From a virus (Duplodnaviria; Caudoviricetes), in the IMG/VR virus record IMGVR_UViG_3300037634_004572, positions 1 to 27,472 of that record: a stretch of 27,472 nucleotides of DNA. One strand, 5' to 3'. Shown in pieces: positions 27,001 to 27,472 of this stretch. Under the pieces are notes generated by a model that saw only the letters and a program-made list of their open reading frames with translations, was not told the DNA's origin and did not search any database. Position numbers and translations under genes: made by a program. Position 1 is the first letter of the stretch, and every line of letters starts with the position of its first letter.

Positions 27001-27472
27001 GAGTCAACTACAATATCGTGACTCTGATATGAATATTCAGTGCTGCTCTTAAGTATACTTTTCGGCGGTACCTCACCTTCGCCTCCCAGTTTCTTCACTT
27101 CACTTTTAGACAGAGTTTCACCCTTACCTGATCGAATCGTCTCGGTAATCTTCAATTTATACCTATTCTCTTTCATCAGACGAGGTTCGACGCGTCGTTC
27201 TAGTTCCTCATCTGTAAGTTCTTCAAATAAATTATAATCATACTCCAAGAAAAAAGAATACGGTGAAGTATCATCCTCCATTTTATAATCATCTGGGTAG
27301 GCATCGTAAGAAATTTTCATATCGGCAGATGAAGTATCAGGCAATTCAAGAAGCCTAAACTTCTTGCCCTTTCTTTGACAATATTCTACAAACGAAGTAG
27401 TTTCGTCATCGACGCCGGCGTCCTTTATAAGTTTTTTGTCTCCGGGCTTCGTCCATTTCTTCGGAGGCTTTG
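24096..27472 (-). CDS. Large uncharacterised phage protein (>1120 aa, 5' end outside window), probably structural, with an HxH-repeat insert
   Basis: The ORF track starts at TTG 27344, but the frame stays open to the window edge (KPPKKWTKPGDKKLIKDAGVDDETTSFVEYCQRKGKKFRLLELPD), so the gene is truncated. Contains HTH, HRH and HSH motifs and an Ala-rich hydrophobic segment. Confidence 0.7.
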   Translation of the reverse strand, partial: KPPKKWTKPGDKKLIKDAGVDDETTSFVEYCQRKGKKFRLLELPDTSSADMKISYDAYPDDYKMEDDTSPYSFFLEYDYNLFEELTDEELERRVEPRLMKENRYKLKITETIRSGKGETLSKSEVKKLGGEGEVPPKSILKSSTEYSYQSHDIVVDSAPPGDVKDIIDSLEIPDDVSDSYEVEAFYRYFAKILVDNSSNSSLARELTDRKPFRNYFAKDNREYIPDIEEERVEVTVDSDAAAAALLATAAVPGIGTPAAAVIAVNAAAEARRLAAGPADTDKPLSRKISLFDEISTGFLTRISTLIATGKTSKGDGGPDHPINLSNFSRAFKFGYNPDKEPKIIHLDPREYGGALGKLFPETVPPPFYVQERKHTGWMDLADILVPEVSGCDPYSKPVYSLEDLTNEVSELSDKLLPDPRLSQDPLCTSEAPYDKIMTSFDAANIDGAIRATIRIYCVDMFLRAIPVFVAFGFSEHNYGDLLLALAADRIRQGLPDDGRKRTGKTDDEYYYRFLEQCVNNTKRMIDSDLLARWADRDEDPEKEHLTKGEDIAFEALIETVRNFYNKYDGDLAALSDAAIKGNGMFAKVFSTPAGARATGVGAGSTRFNKNAAKIAKEQAFEKTIRETEGYAVVLMRRYIRKEFESIRETFSTKIPPIVNNVDHTFLLNDQWIRGGVYSGEAVDKGINEGPFDVMSNPFNPADYNIQPSATGRPWPFVLEKYIRIIEKDNGTPWEVRGRTSNLYNIVNMNDWDEYVKRKKSEGLEGKISDFWGNPPRIDPPAQDGTAEAWDAEDPEQSFGPAREEGSGNYGGETTMIENHTHEYELDEEGNGQTSLYIDAQGLEHRHEVVDFEVQRWPALPLPDEEPDIDAEPDIEDGHSHEIEKIGWRFGLRICYQLQASDNDKFDDIMATIDDETCVREKAFRVKAGGGGDRYLIPIAYAEVDIPDQNYALFDPKSYDKVDSEANPPVVVPPIFCLIQDLVKTPEYKFMFKYLFPLPRYISFMAVYSIMAFFASIGNVGYPDQGGDLWEVPGGRRHKKFRKWIRGNKTSHHSRTTAATVFNSLYDASQAIDFEVENKFGSKNQADNFRDLIRPKVNYEDGLRWWERGRRIYRNPYNVDGDECG
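24847..24878. repeat. Short tandem duplication, 14-nt unit tcgatatcgggctc with 18-nt period
   Basis: Copies at 24847-24860 and 24865-24878; encodes EPDIDAEPDIE inside the HxH insert. Confidence 0.8.

Larger units (their letters stand above)
1..27472 (-). other. Baseplate/tail morphogenesis module of a large contractile-tailed phage (jumbo myovirus-like)
   Basis: Twelve co-oriented, tightly packed genes with gaps of at most 56 nt and TAATG/ATGA overlaps at 21828, 10748-10751 and 5921. gp25-, gp6- and gp7-like wedge genes are in canonical order, there are very large unknown proteins, a RuvC-like gene is adjacent, and no cellular housekeeping genes are present. Confidence 0.88.

Noticed and set aside
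157-27237. Numerous short + strand ORFs and short alternative-frame minus ORFs in the track
   Set aside because: All overlap long minus-strand genes and show no recognisable motifs; they are consistent with antisense or frame shadows.
27342-27344. TTG start of the 1082-aa ORF
   Set aside because: The frame is open to the window edge with no SD, so the true start lies outside the window.
1-27472. Bacterial extracellular contractile injection system or T6SS instead of phage
   Set aside because: No sheath, tube, VgrG, AAA ATPase or membrane-complex genes are visible. The T4-type gp6, giant unknown proteins, adjacent RuvC-like gene and repeated upstream box fit a large phage better, though capsid genes are outside the window.
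1-27472. Stop-codon reassignment as in some jumbo phages
   Set aside because: The standard code gives near-complete coding density, and TAA, TAG and TGA are all used as genuine stops.

Overview
The window is an almost fully coding, all minus-strand virion morphogenesis operon of a large contractile-tailed (myovirus-type, probably jumbo) phage, about 42-43% GC by eye. In transcription order (right to left): a >1120-aa uncharacterised protein truncated at the window edge; gp25/gpW-like and gp6/gpJ-like baseplate wedge proteins; a DNRLRE-like protein; a 3177-aa gp7/gpI-like wedge protein with LamG domains; six uncharacterised structural proteins, several of them paralogous; and a RuvC-like resolvase that runs off the left edge and is missing from the ORF track. 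I see no tRNA, rRNA, CRISPR array or mobile element. Main unexplained signals: (1) an ACTATTTA box just upstream of the SD in the four longest intergenic gaps, whose reverse complement resembles the T4-type late promoter; (2) an apparent P2 gpH/DUF3751 fibre-attachment domain split into N-half and C-half genes, two of each; (3) strong, protein-selective enrichment of [ST]-[GAS]-S tripeptides, a possible modification sequon; (4) an excess of GC-only palindromes plus very GC-rich in-frame patches. All family calls are by motif recognition from memory, without database searches, and counts are manual.
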